This document shows, piece by piece, positions 1 to 8,524 of a DNA stretch of 20,000 nt (position 1 is the first letter of the stretch; the number at the start of each line of letters is the position of its first letter). The stretch is taken from the IMG/VR virus record IMGVR_UViG_3300030102_007128. One strand, given 5' to 3'. The DNA is from an uncultured virus (IMG/VR IMGVR_UViG_3300030102_007128). Taxonomy: Duplodnaviria > Heunggongvirae > Uroviricota > Caudoviricetes. Both the position numbers and the translations under genes were made by a program. Below the pieces are notes generated by a model that was given only the letters and a program-made list of their open reading frames with translations, made no database searches and was not told the DNA's origin.

Positions 1-2
1 TA

Positions 3-89
3 AAACCAGCGACGGCAGGCCTTGGTGACAACAAAACACTTTTGTATATTGCCATTGGAATAGGAGTTATATTACTTTTGAGAAAATAA
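3..89 (+). CDS. 3' end of an upstream tail-anchored membrane protein (partial)
   Basis: Manual translation KPATAGLGDNKTLLYIAIGIGVILLLRK*: hydrophobic C-terminal segment followed by basic residues, like downstream genes. Confidence 0.75.
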   Translation, partial: KPATAGLGDNKTLLYIAIGIGVILLLRK

Positions 90-93
90 TGTA

Positions 94-294
94 ATGTCAA
101 GAACAAAAGCGTTAGAGATAGTCAAAAATATGGAGAGAACACTCTCTACTATGATTGATATTGAAACGAATGTTCATAACGAACAATTTCCACCAGCGAG
201 AATGAAAAGAAGTGTTTTAAGAAAAATGCAACAAAAACTATTGAAAAAATATAGTATAAATGAAAATGAGTATAAACCGAGTATTAACCCTTAA
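94..294 (+). CDS. hypothetical protein (66 aa, basic)
   Basis: ORF track; tightly packed after the upstream stop; no recognisable motif. Confidence 0.7.
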   Translation: MSRTKALEIVKNMERTLSTMIDIETNVHNEQFPPARMKRSVLRKMQQKLLKKYSINENEYKPSINP

Positions 295-305
295 AAAATT
301 AAAAA

Positions 306-404
306 ATGTTTGATATTAATAGTCCAGATTTTTTAGGAGGTAACAATGTTCATAATGTTATCATTATTGGAATGTTAGGTTACCTTATCTATAAATGTAA
401 GTAA
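306..404 (+). CDS. small membrane protein (32 aa), not in ORF track
   Basis: MFDINSPDFLGGNNVHNVIIIGMLGYLIYKCK*; A-rich leader (aaaaaattaaaaaATG); C-terminal hydrophobic segment plus K. Confidence 0.65.
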   Translation: MFDINSPDFLGGNNVHNVIIIGMLGYLIYKCK

Positions 405-416
405 AAAAGAAAAAAA

Positions 417-542
417 GTGAATAACAATATAGTAATAGGTTCTGTTTTAGTAGTTTGTGTAGTAGGCTCTGCCGTTTTATTCAGAGGTGCTTACAGAAAA
501 ATAGTTCAAATTTCTACAAATAAGAGATTTGAAAATGAATGA
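417..542 (+). CDS. small membrane protein (41 aa, GTG start), not in ORF track
   Basis: MNNNIVIGSVLVVCVVGSAVLFRGAYRKIVQISTNKRFENE*; fills the intergenic space and overlaps the SOD start. Confidence 0.55.
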   Translation: MNNNIVIGSVLVVCVVGSAVLFRGAYRKIVQISTNKRFENE

Positions 543-1200
543 TACAACACAACTTAATTCTATGCGTTTTTCACCAATTAAATTGCCTTATAGGTATAAT
601 TCATTAGAGCCTTATATTGATGAGGAAACTATGATGATACACTATAATAAGCATTATTTAGGTTATTTGAAAAAATTTAATGATTTAGTTGATAGATATG
701 ATATAAACCAACCTGTCATACCTATTATGCAAGATGTTAATAGATATCCTGAAGATTTAAGAAACAATGGAGGTGGTTATGTAAATCATTCGTTGTTTTG
801 GAAAATGTTAAAGCCAAACCCTAAAGGAAAATTAAATAAACCAAAAGGTGCCTGTATGCAGAAAATACTTGAAGAATACGGAACCTTTGGTGAATTTAAG
901 AATTTAATAGTAGAGGCTTCAAAACAAAGGTTCGGTTCAGGATGGGTATGGTGGGTAATGAATAAAGATGGAAGCACAAATATCTTATTAACGCCCTATC
1001 AAGACAATCCTTATATGCCTGAATATAATGCTTATCCATTATTAGGTATTGATGTGTGGGAACACGCATATTATCTTCAGTATGATGCTGATAGAGAAAA
1101 ATATGTAAAAAACATATTTAATATCATAGATTGGGATGAAATAGAAAATAGATGTGTAGTAGGCAATAGAAGTATTTTTGATGTTCAAATTGTTAATTAA
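535..1200 (+). CDS. sodA: Fe/Mn superoxide dismutase (Mn-type signature)
   Basis: LPYxYxxLEPYID, HYNKH..Y, NNGGGYVNHSLFW, FGSGWVW, QD and DVWEHAYY motifs; all four metal ligands present. The ATG at 535 is more likely than the TTG at 529. Confidence 0.95.
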   Translation: MNDTTQLNSMRFSPIKLPYRYNSLEPYIDEETMMIHYNKHYLGYLKKFNDLVDRYDINQPVIPIMQDVNRYPEDLRNNGGGYVNHSLFWKMLKPNPKGKLNKPKGACMQKILEEYGTFGEFKNLIVEASKQRFGSGWVWWVMNKDGSTNILLTPYQDNPYMPEYNAYPLLGIDVWEHAYYLQYDADREKYVKNIFNIIDWDEIENRCVVGNRSIFDVQIVN

Positions 1201-1211
1201 AAAATTAAAAA

Positions 1212-1400
1212 ATGAAAAAATTGTTTGATATATTAGGAGGAAGAAAGACAGCGTTAGCGATTATTTTATTCATAATTGCTACCGTTTTATTATGTGTAGG
1301 AAAGGCAGATTTCTCTAATTGGAGTGAGTTTGTTAAATGGGTATTTGGTATCTATGCCGTAGGTAATGGTGCTGAACATATAGCCAAACGAGGAAGTTAA
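1212..1400 (+). CDS. putative holin-like 2-TM protein
   Basis: 62 aa, GGRK followed by two hydrophobic helices and a charged C-terminus; sits next to a spanin-like gene. Confidence 0.5.
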   Translation: MKKLFDILGGRKTALAIILFIIATVLLCVGKADFSNWSEFVKWVFGIYAVGNGAEHIAKRGS

Positions 1401-1410
1401 ATGTAAATAT

Positions 1411-2085
1411 ATGTTCTCGAAACTTAAAAAACACGCCCTACTGATTTGTATTTTTATGTTATGTTTTTTTATATGGCAAACATTTAGTGCAAATAGTAGA
1501 TTACAAGATTATAAAAATCAAGTAATTAAGTTAAAAGATGGAGAACAATTATTTATTGAGAAGTTAAACGAGAAGGGAGAGAAAATAGCCGAGCAAGACC
1601 AGATAATCTTAACACAAAAAGATGCGATTGCTCACAACCTGCTTGAGATAAGTAATCTTAAAAAAATTAAATCTCAAGTTAAGATACAGACAATAACAAA
1701 GATAGATAGTATATATATCCCTGTTATTGATACGGTAGATAGAATTGTTTATGATACAACAGGTTTAGCGTTATTGAAACTTCCTACAAAGTTTGGTTTA
1801 GAAAGTGAATGGTATTCTATCTTTTCAACTATCAATAAAAATGGTATGTTGTTAGATAGTTTATCTTTATATAATAGACAGATAATAACAATAGGGATGA
1901 AGAGTAACGGTATATTTAAGTCGCCGACACCTTCAGTCGTAGTTAAGAACGAAAATCCTTATGTTAATATAAATAGTATGAATAATGTCGTTATCAAAAA
2001 TGATACACGATTTTATGATAAAAAAGGTTTTTGGTTTGGTGTAGGAGTAGGAACGGGTGTGTTGATACCAATATTAATAAAATAG
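1411..2085 (+). CDS. putative spanin-like/lysis accessory membrane protein
   Basis: N-terminal TM, coiled-coil, beta-rich middle (TITKIDSIYIP, DTVDRIVYDT) and C-terminal hydrophobic FWFGVGVGTGVLI; architecture recalled from Bacteroidota phage lysis cassettes. Confidence 0.45.
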   Translation: MFSKLKKHALLICIFMLCFFIWQTFSANSRLQDYKNQVIKLKDGEQLFIEKLNEKGEKIAEQDQIILTQKDAIAHNLLEISNLKKIKSQVKIQTITKIDSIYIPVIDTVDRIVYDTTGLALLKLPTKFGLESEWYSIFSTINKNGMLLDSLSLYNRQIITIGMKSNGIFKSPTPSVVVKNENPYVNINSMNNVVIKNDTRFYDKKGFWFGVGVGTGVLIPILIK

Positions 2086-2087
2086 AG

Positions 2088-4993
2088 ATGAATAAAACAG
2101 AAGACATAAAAAAACAACTTGAAAATCTATCAGATGATGATGGATATATTGGCTATTACGAGGCTCGAAATTTTTTACAATCTAATTTACCTGATTTAGA
2201 TGAATTTGAGTTAGATGAGGCTATGGAAGATTTAGAACCTGATTATTCAAATTATGAAGATGAAGAGGTTTTTTATGTATTAGATGTAGAAAATAAATAT
2301 GATGAATTAAAAACATCTTATGCAAAAGGAGGTAAAATAAAAATGTATGATGAATTACAGGAATATGAAAACGATGCTCAAATAGGAGATAAAATCTATG
2401 TAGGATATGGACTTGCTAAAAAAAATATAACTAAACCTGAATACGAGGTGGTTGGTAAAAACCCTGATGGAACAATAAAAGTAAGAAATTATGGAAGTAA
2501 GGCAAAGAAAACTTTTTTAACATTTGGTCCGCAATCTTATGATGAGCAAGTTATGGTGTTTTCAAAAGGCGGGAAAATAGATGTAGTTGATGAAAGAAGT
2601 GTAGGTAAAATGAAAATAATTGTTTTGAATGATGGTAAAACTTCAAGAACAATAACTTTCAAAGATGGAGTTCAAAATAAATTCAATAGAAACAAAAAAG
2701 AAGATATAGAAAAACTTTGGGATTTGTCTGGTAAAGTTCCTTACGGCACGATAGTAGATAAAAACTACAAGTTTGAACACGGTGGTAGTATATTAGAGAA
2801 ATCTTATAATCCTCAAGAAGTTTTTGATATGATAACTCAAGCAGGAACTTGGGAAGAATTTATGAGTGCAGACGGAGATGGTAGATTAGAAATATATAAT
2901 AACGCAAAATACAGATTTGAAAAGGGTGGTAAAACAATAAGCAGAGAAGAAGTAGTAGAAGTCCTTAAAGATAAGTTAGAAGATGTATTAGAAGATGCTA
3001 ATCAAGAATATGAAGGACAAGAAATAACAGGAGAAGAGGTAGAATACGAAAGTAGAGATGGTTTTATACCTTATACTGATGGGGGTTATGAATACAGATT
3101 TTTTACATACGGAAACTATTTGACAGGTTCAGGAAAATCTTTACCTACAAATACTTTAGATGCTGAATTAGAAAGAGTAGAAAATCTAAATTATGAATAT
3201 GGCAAAGAAAGATTTGAAGAAGAATATCCTGACATAGTAAAAGAATTAGGAGGTATTGAAAATGTTGATTATAATTCCTTATCTGAGGCAGGTTATGAAA
3301 GTGAGGCAGATGATTTAGATGAGTTTTCGAGAAGTGATGATGATAGTATTATGTTTGAAGTAGAAGCATTTTATTACAAACCTGATAATGATAGAGGTGT
3401 TGATGGTAAACATACAATCGTATTATCAGGAAGTGTAAATATGGAGGCGCCTTATCACCGAACAGGTAATATGGAAGATTATATACAAGAAACATTCACT
3501 TTTGATAGTATAAAAGATTTAGAAGACAAGTTAGATAAATCTATACCTAAAATAGAGGCTTGGTTTGATGGAGATAATTATAAACAAGGAAAAGAATTAA
3601 AAATGGGAAGATTTGAAAAAGGTGGTGAGGTTGAGAAACACTATAAAATAGAGTTTTTAGATGAAAATGAAGAGATTATAGATGTTGAAAGATATGGAAA
3701 CACAGAGCCGGACCAAGATGATTACTATGAGATGGCGAGCAAATTAAACGCATTTTCTGGAATTGTTTATAGTTATGATGAAGATGATGAAGATGGCACC
3801 TTGAAAGATGAGGGTTTTTATGAAACTGATTTTGGTGTTTTTCAATATAAAAAAGGTGGTTTAATCAGAGAATATATCAAACCAAAAGGAATGAGATTAC
3901 TTTCTGATGAAAGAAAACAAAAAATAAAAGAGGCACAAAAAGAGTATGATAAAAAACCAAACGACATAAATCAAGCAGCATTACAAGGACAAATAGATAG
4001 AGCAGTAGATGAGGTAGAAAATAGAGTAATGGGTATTGATGGAAAATACGAAAGTTATTTAGTTAGATATGCAAAAGGTGGTAGAATTTTGGTAGGTAGA
4101 TTTGATGAAAAACAACTTAAAAATAAAGAGGATAAAAAAGCGATAGAAAAGGCACAAAAAGAAAGTGGCTTAACATATATAGATAGTAAAATCATTAAAA
4201 AAGGTGGTAAAATGTTTATGGAAGTTTATCTAATCCCTAATGAAGAATACTATAAATCCTCAAAATTTTCAAAAGGGGGTTATGTTACCTCAAGAAATAT
4301 AAAAGAGAGTGTAAGAGAGTATTTAATGGATAAGGTGCCTTATGTTCGAAAGCCTGTTGATTTAGAAGAGGTTAATACGGTATTAGATTTTACTAAATTA
4401 CCTGATGATGTGAAAACTGCTATCTTAAATATGAAAAAAATAGTAGTAAGAGATGATGAAGATTTATCTTTCTTCAAATCAAGATTAGATGGAGATATAC
4501 AATTCTATATTCTATTTATTAAAGGAGAGCCTTATTTAGTAGATACACAGGGATACGATTACGCTCGATATATAGTAAGAATAGTTGGGGCAGGAGAAGA
4601 GTTAAGTGTTAAATTATCTAATTATGTAGAATACACCCCTTATGCAAAAGGTGGTATAATAACAGGAGCAGGAAAACCAGGTTTAGATAAAATTAAAAAA
4701 ATATCTAAAGACAATCCAAGTCAAATGTATAAGGTAACTGATGATAATTATACAAATATTGGAACCTTTTATCTTAAAAATGGAAAGTTTGCTAAAATGA
4801 CGGTTTCAAATGCAGATTATGATTTTGCTTACAACAAAGTATCATTAAGACCTAAACGAGATGTTATATATAAAGCAACAGAGATAGAAGNNNNNNNNNN
4901 TTCGCAAAAGGAGGAAAAGTAAAAAGTAATAATAACGAAATGATAATTGGAGGTTTAGCAGGTATTCTGTTTGGCTTCTTATTAAATAAATAA
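2088..4993 (+). CDS. modular polyprotein-like protein with ten [FY]x[KH]GG linkers and a C-terminal membrane anchor
   Basis: Likely start is the ATG at 2088, 2 nt after the upstream TAG. After the N gap (4891-4900) the frame beginning at 4901 reads FAKGGKVKSNNNEMIIGGLAGILFGFLLNK* and stops at 4993, 1 nt before the next ATG. Confidence 0.85.
2319..4915 (+). repeat. dispersed peptide repeat [FY]-x-[KH]-G-G-x-[IVT], 10 copies
   Basis: Motif starts at 2319 YAKGG, 2559 FSKGG, 2772 FEHGG, 2916 FEKGG, 3612 FEKGG, 3846 YKKGG, 4068 YAKGG, 4266 FSKGG, 4641 YAKGG and 4901 FAKGG; degenerate IKKGG at 4194. Confidence 0.95.
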
Positions 4994-4994
4994 T

Positions 4995-5918
4995 ATGAGT
5001 AAAGTAGATTTAGCAAAAAAGACAGCGAAGTTAATGGTTGAGAAACTCTCTCCACAAGAGTTAGAGAATGAGTTATATCAACTATTGGTTTTATTATCTG
5101 ATGATGATTTAGATTACGCTTATGATGATATAAGTAGAGGTGATATAGCCGGTCCTCCATCAGATTATACACCAATGTCAGCGTCTAATTTTGAAGATGA
5201 GTTAGATGATATGGAAGAAGCAGGCGTGTTAATAAATAATCCACAAGATACAGAAGAGTATTTAAGAACATCAACTTATGTAGAGGGAGATGAAAAGAAG
5301 CCTACTTTTGAATTAGATGAATTTGTTTACGCTTATGAACCTGGTATGGATAGATGGCTTCCTTATACTATTCATAATATTATAGGTGATAATAAATATG
5401 AGTTAAGAGAATATGGAGTGGGAGCACCATCACAAGCAGGAGATATAATTGAATATGAAGGAGAGTTGAAAAAACAGCCAGAGGACAAAGTGTTTTTAGT
5501 TCAAGATTACCTATACGCCAATAGTGGTAAAGATTTTGAAGATTTTGTAAAGAAAAGTGACCTTGTAAAAGATGTTTTTATAGATACTATGAGTGGAACG
5601 GTAGATTTAGAATGGAATGACCCTACTATGAAAGGATATATTACACAAGCCACTCCGTTTTGGAATGAGCCAGATGAAATACCCGTTCAAGTAACGACTG
5701 AAGAAGGTGTCCTTATAGATGGTAGTGGAGTTTTAGAATACGAAGATTTGAATGTTCGTTTTAAGCCAACACCAGAGTTTGATATAGATAATGCTGTTTA
5801 TCCTAATGACCCTGATGACTTTTATCGGGCTTATATATCTGCTTTACCAAAAATACTGAAAATAAGTAAGCAAATTGTAGATATATATGAAGATTATCAG
5901 TCAGAGCAAGAAGATTAA
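4995..5918 (+). CDS. highly acidic hypothetical protein (307 aa)
   Basis: ORF track; D/E-rich; central segment (FELDEFVYAYEPGMDRWLPYTIHNIIGDNKYELRE) resembles an SH3/Tudor-like barrel. Confidence 0.8.
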   Translation: MSKVDLAKKTAKLMVEKLSPQELENELYQLLVLLSDDDLDYAYDDISRGDIAGPPSDYTPMSASNFEDELDDMEEAGVLINNPQDTEEYLRTSTYVEGDEKKPTFELDEFVYAYEPGMDRWLPYTIHNIIGDNKYELREYGVGAPSQAGDIIEYEGELKKQPEDKVFLVQDYLYANSGKDFEDFVKKSDLVKDVFIDTMSGTVDLEWNDPTMKGYITQATPFWNEPDEIPVQVTTEEGVLIDGSGVLEYEDLNVRFKPTPEFDIDNAVYPNDPDDFYRAYISALPKILKISKQIVDIYEDYQSEQED

Positions 5919-5936
5919 TAATAATAAAATAAAAAT

Positions 5937-7013
5937 ATGTCAGGAAATATAACACAAGGATTCGGTTTTAACAAAGGAGGAAGTTCAGGAGGTGGAGGAA
6001 CTAATACCAATATTGCTAACGCTGATTTAACAAGTGATGGAAATCACACTTTAGATGTAGCAGCCACTACACTAACAATAGATAGTGGAGCAGTTGATAT
6101 GGCTAAATTTAACGGAACAACTAATAAAATAACATTTGGACCAAGTGGGGATGACTATACATTTCCTGATGAAAGACCAGGAGCAACAGGTGATGTTTTA
6201 AGTGCCGCAGACACAAGTGGTAATTTAGAGTGGATAACTCCAACACCTAATACTAATACGAATGTCGCAAACGCTGATTTAACATTGGATGCGAACCATA
6301 CAACTGATGTTGGCGCGAATACTTTAACATTTGATAGTGGAGCGACTAATATAGCACAATTAGTAGGTGGTGATAATACTTTGTCTATCGGTGGGGCTAA
6401 TCCTTACAAAATGCCTACCGCAAGATTAGGAACAGCAGGAGGGGTTATACAATCAACAAACACAACAACAGGAACTGCTTGGGTAAGAAATGGATTTACA
6501 TTACCTTTTCGTTTATATTTGGATGGTGTTGGAAATTTTAACTACTATTATCCAGAACCAATGACTAACAACAAGGCGTTGGCCTTGGCGAGTGATGCTG
6601 GTGCTAATGCAGTTGGAAGTTTAAGTTTTACGACACCAAATGTTTTGAGAAGAAGTTTAGCCTTACCAGGAGGAGCAGGTATTTCTATAAGAGATATTTC
6701 TTTTTGGGGTTCTTGTGTTGATAATGTTGCGAGTACCACACCACAAATAGAGGTAAATATTGTTCAAACGACACCTATACAAGCAAATACGGCAAATTTA
6801 GGAGTAACAAGTGTTATTGATGCGACAACAACAGGTTCAGGTGACAACAATAGTAGATTATATAGAGCCACTAAATCTTTAGCGACACCGGTAGATGTAG
6901 GGCAATATTCTTTTATAATTCCTATGTTCAAATTAATTGTGGAAGAAGCACCTGAAGAGATAAATTATGATGTTTATATAAATGGAAGTATCTCTGGTTA
7001 TTATACAGCCTAA
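5937..7013 (+). CDS. putative spike/fibre (receptor-binding) protein
   Basis: G/T/N/A-rich, N-terminal poly-Gly linker, two 84-aa-period repeats, YTFP..G..G.VL....SGNLEW fibre-like motif and beta-rich C-terminal domain. Confidence 0.6.
   Translation: MSGNITQGFGFNKGGSSGGGGTNTNIANADLTSDGNHTLDVAATTLTIDSGAVDMAKFNGTTNKITFGPSGDDYTFPDERPGATGDVLSAADTSGNLEWITPTPNTNTNVANADLTLDANHTTDVGANTLTFDSGATNIAQLVGGDNTLSIGGANPYKMPTARLGTAGGVIQSTNTTTGTAWVRNGFTLPFRLYLDGVGNFNYYYPEPMTNNKALALASDAGANAVGSLSFTTPNVLRRSLALPGGAGISIRDISFWGSCVDNVASTTPQIEVNIVQTTPIQANTANLGVTSVIDATTTGSGDNNSRLYRATKSLATPVDVGQYSFIIPMFKLIVEEAPEEINYDVYINGSISGYYTA
6000..6485 (+). repeat. two tandem ~84-aa repeats in the spike-like protein
   Basis: TNTNIANADLTSDGNHTLDVAATTLTIDSGA (6000) vs TNTNVANADLTLDANHTTDVGANTLTFDSGA (6252); period 252 nt. 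Confidence 0.9.
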
Positions 7014-7014
7014 T

Positions 7015-7161
7015 ATGCCAAGTGTAAACGAGAAAATAAAAGATGAAGATAAAACAAAAGTATTAAAATATGTAAAAATTGCTGGTATAGGTTTAGGAGC
7101 GTTATTATTACTAATAGGAATACCTTTGATATATATAGCAACAAAGAAAAAAGAAAAATAA
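7015..7161 (+). CDS. small single-TM protein (48 aa), not in ORF track
   Basis: MPSVNEKIKDEDKTKVLKYVKIAGIGLGALLLLIGIPLIYIATKKKEK*; fills the gap between neighbours. Confidence 0.8.
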   Translation: MPSVNEKIKDEDKTKVLKYVKIAGIGLGALLLLIGIPLIYIATKKKEK

Positions 7162-7164
7162 ATT

Positions 7165-7359
7165 ATGGCAAGAAATTTTAGAGATGATAAACATAAAACT
7201 ATTATAATGGCTGATGACAATAAAACTATGATTGAATACAGCAATTTTTTAGGAACAGGAGTTTCTACTTTCAAAATTATATGGTGGAGTTTAGGAGCGT
7301 TGGTAGTTCTTGCAGTAATAGGAAAAGGAGTAAAAGTTTATAAAGAAATAAAAAATTAA
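7165..7359 (+). CDS. small C-terminal-TM protein
   Basis: IIWWSLGALVVLAVIG followed by a basic tail. Confidence 0.8.
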   Translation: MARNFRDDKHKTIIMADDNKTMIEYSNFLGTGVSTFKIIWWSLGALVVLAVIGKGVKVYKEIKN

Positions 7360-7363
7360 AATT

Positions 7364-8128
7364 ATGTGGTTAGATAGTGAAAACAACTCAAATTTCGGAG
7401 TAAATCAATATGAAGATGATGGCTTTTTCAATCATATAAATTGGTTCACAACATCAAGTCATAATGAAAATCACAGATATAATGATGTTTATGCAAATTA
7501 TCAAAGTCAATACCCTGCTTCATCAAGTGATTCCTGCGCAGACCTGAAAATTGCTTTAGATGGTATGAAAAGTAAAGTGGCGAGTGCAAATGCGATGAGT
7601 ACCGGTAGTTCAGGTCAAAGAAGAGTAAGAGATAGACATATAAAAGCGTCAAAAGCCTGGAGAGATAAAATACAAGGATGGTATAACGCAGGTCAATGCG
7701 ATGCTGTATTAACAACAACAACACCAGGGTGTACCAATCAATCAGCATTAAATTATAATCCTAATGCCGACCAAGATGACGGTTCTTGTGTGTTTCCTTC
7801 CGCAGTAGTTTATGGATGCACGGATTCTGGAGCCACTAATTATAATTCAAACGCAACTAATGATGACGGAAGTTGTCAATACCCGCCACCTGTTACCACA
7901 ATATACGGATGTATGGACCCTGATGCGAATAATTATAATAGAAAGGCAACTCAAGAAGACGGTTCGTGTGTTTTTCCTGCTCCTACTAATATATTTGAAA
8001 CACCAACTACAATAACAGAAGAAGAAATAGACGGAGGTGAAGAATTGAGAAGTGAAGATATGACAATGTGGTATGTAATAGGAGGTGCTTTAGCATTAAC
8101 AATGGGATACATATTATTGAAAAAATAA
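7364..8128 (+). CDS. tail-anchored protein with three GCTD (GCxDxxAxNYNxxAxxDDGSC) repeats
   Basis: Three Cys-bounded repeats, P/T/E-rich stalk and C-terminal WYVIGGALALTMGYILLKK. Confidence 0.88.
   Translation: MWLDSENNSNFGVNQYEDDGFFNHINWFTTSSHNENHRYNDVYANYQSQYPASSSDSCADLKIALDGMKSKVASANAMSTGSSGQRRVRDRHIKASKAWRDKIQGWYNAGQCDAVLTTTTPGCTNQSALNYNPNADQDDGSCVFPSAVVYGCTDSGATNYNSNATNDDGSCQYPPPVTTIYGCMDPDANNYNRKATQEDGSCVFPAPTNIFETPTTITEEEIDGGEELRSEDMTMWYVIGGALALTMGYILLKK
7727..7978 (+). repeat. three GCTD-type peptide repeats
   Basis: GCTNQSALNYNPNADQDDGSCVFP / GCTDSGATNYNSNATNDDGSCQYP / GCMDPDANNYNRKATQEDGSCVFP. Confidence 0.95.
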
Positions 8129-8524
8129 ATGAAAGCAAAAGGTATAATAGTAGATAACGAAAGTGGAGAAGTATTATCACGAGCAACAATATTCGTTAGT
8201 GATAGTAATGGAAACCCGGTAGAAAACTCAAACAAAGTAACTGGTGATGATGAAGGCGTTTTTGAAATTGAAGTTATGCCTGCTGATTATATTACAATTT
8301 CTTATGTCGGGTATGAAAATAAAGTTGTTGCTATAAAAGAGTTTTCATCTGATTTGAAAGAAATAGGTTTAAGATATATATCTGCTAAAGACGGCAACAC
8401 AGGATATTTCAAAGAAAGAGATAATGAAACAGATGGTTCTTTATCAAATAAACCAATCAGTATGTGGGTGTGGGTAGTGATAGGAATAGTAGGGTTTTAC
8501 ATATATAAAAAATATAAAAAATGA
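8129..8524 (+). CDS. carboxypeptidase-regulatory-like (CarbopepD_reg_2-type) domain protein with C-terminal TM
   Basis: KGIIVDNESGEVLSRATIFV...DDEGVFEI...ITISYVGYE pattern typical of the N-terminal domain of SusC-type receptors; MWVWVVIGIVGFYIYKKYKK anchor. Confidence 0.75.
   Translation: MKAKGIIVDNESGEVLSRATIFVSDSNGNPVENSNKVTGDDEGVFEIEVMPADYITISYVGYENKVVAIKEFSSDLKEIGLRYISAKDGNTGYFKERDNETDGSLSNKPISMWVWVVIGIVGFYIYKKYKK

Noticed and set aside
2031..2087. N-terminal extension MVWCRSRNGC... of the large ORF
   Set aside because: TTG start overlapping the upstream gene by 55 nt; the ATG at 2088 follows the upstream stop by 2 nt, like other junctions here.
2319..4915. KGG-coding DNA repeats as a CRISPR array or attC-like cassette sites
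   Set aside because: Only ~15 nt, degenerate at synonymous positions, always in frame, non-palindromic, and spaced 144-696 nt apart.
4891..4922. Apparent frameshift or pseudogenisation at the end of the large ORF
   Set aside because: The frame change coincides with a 10-N placeholder gap of unknown true length, so it is not evidence of programmed frameshifting.
6000..7978. Internal repeats as DGR template/variable regions
   Set aside because: Differences are not adenine-specific, copies are in frame within single genes, and no reverse transcriptase is present.
7812..8015. Alternative-frame + strand 67-aa ORF
   Set aside because: Nested within the GCTD-repeat gene, whose frame is supported by conserved peptide repeats.
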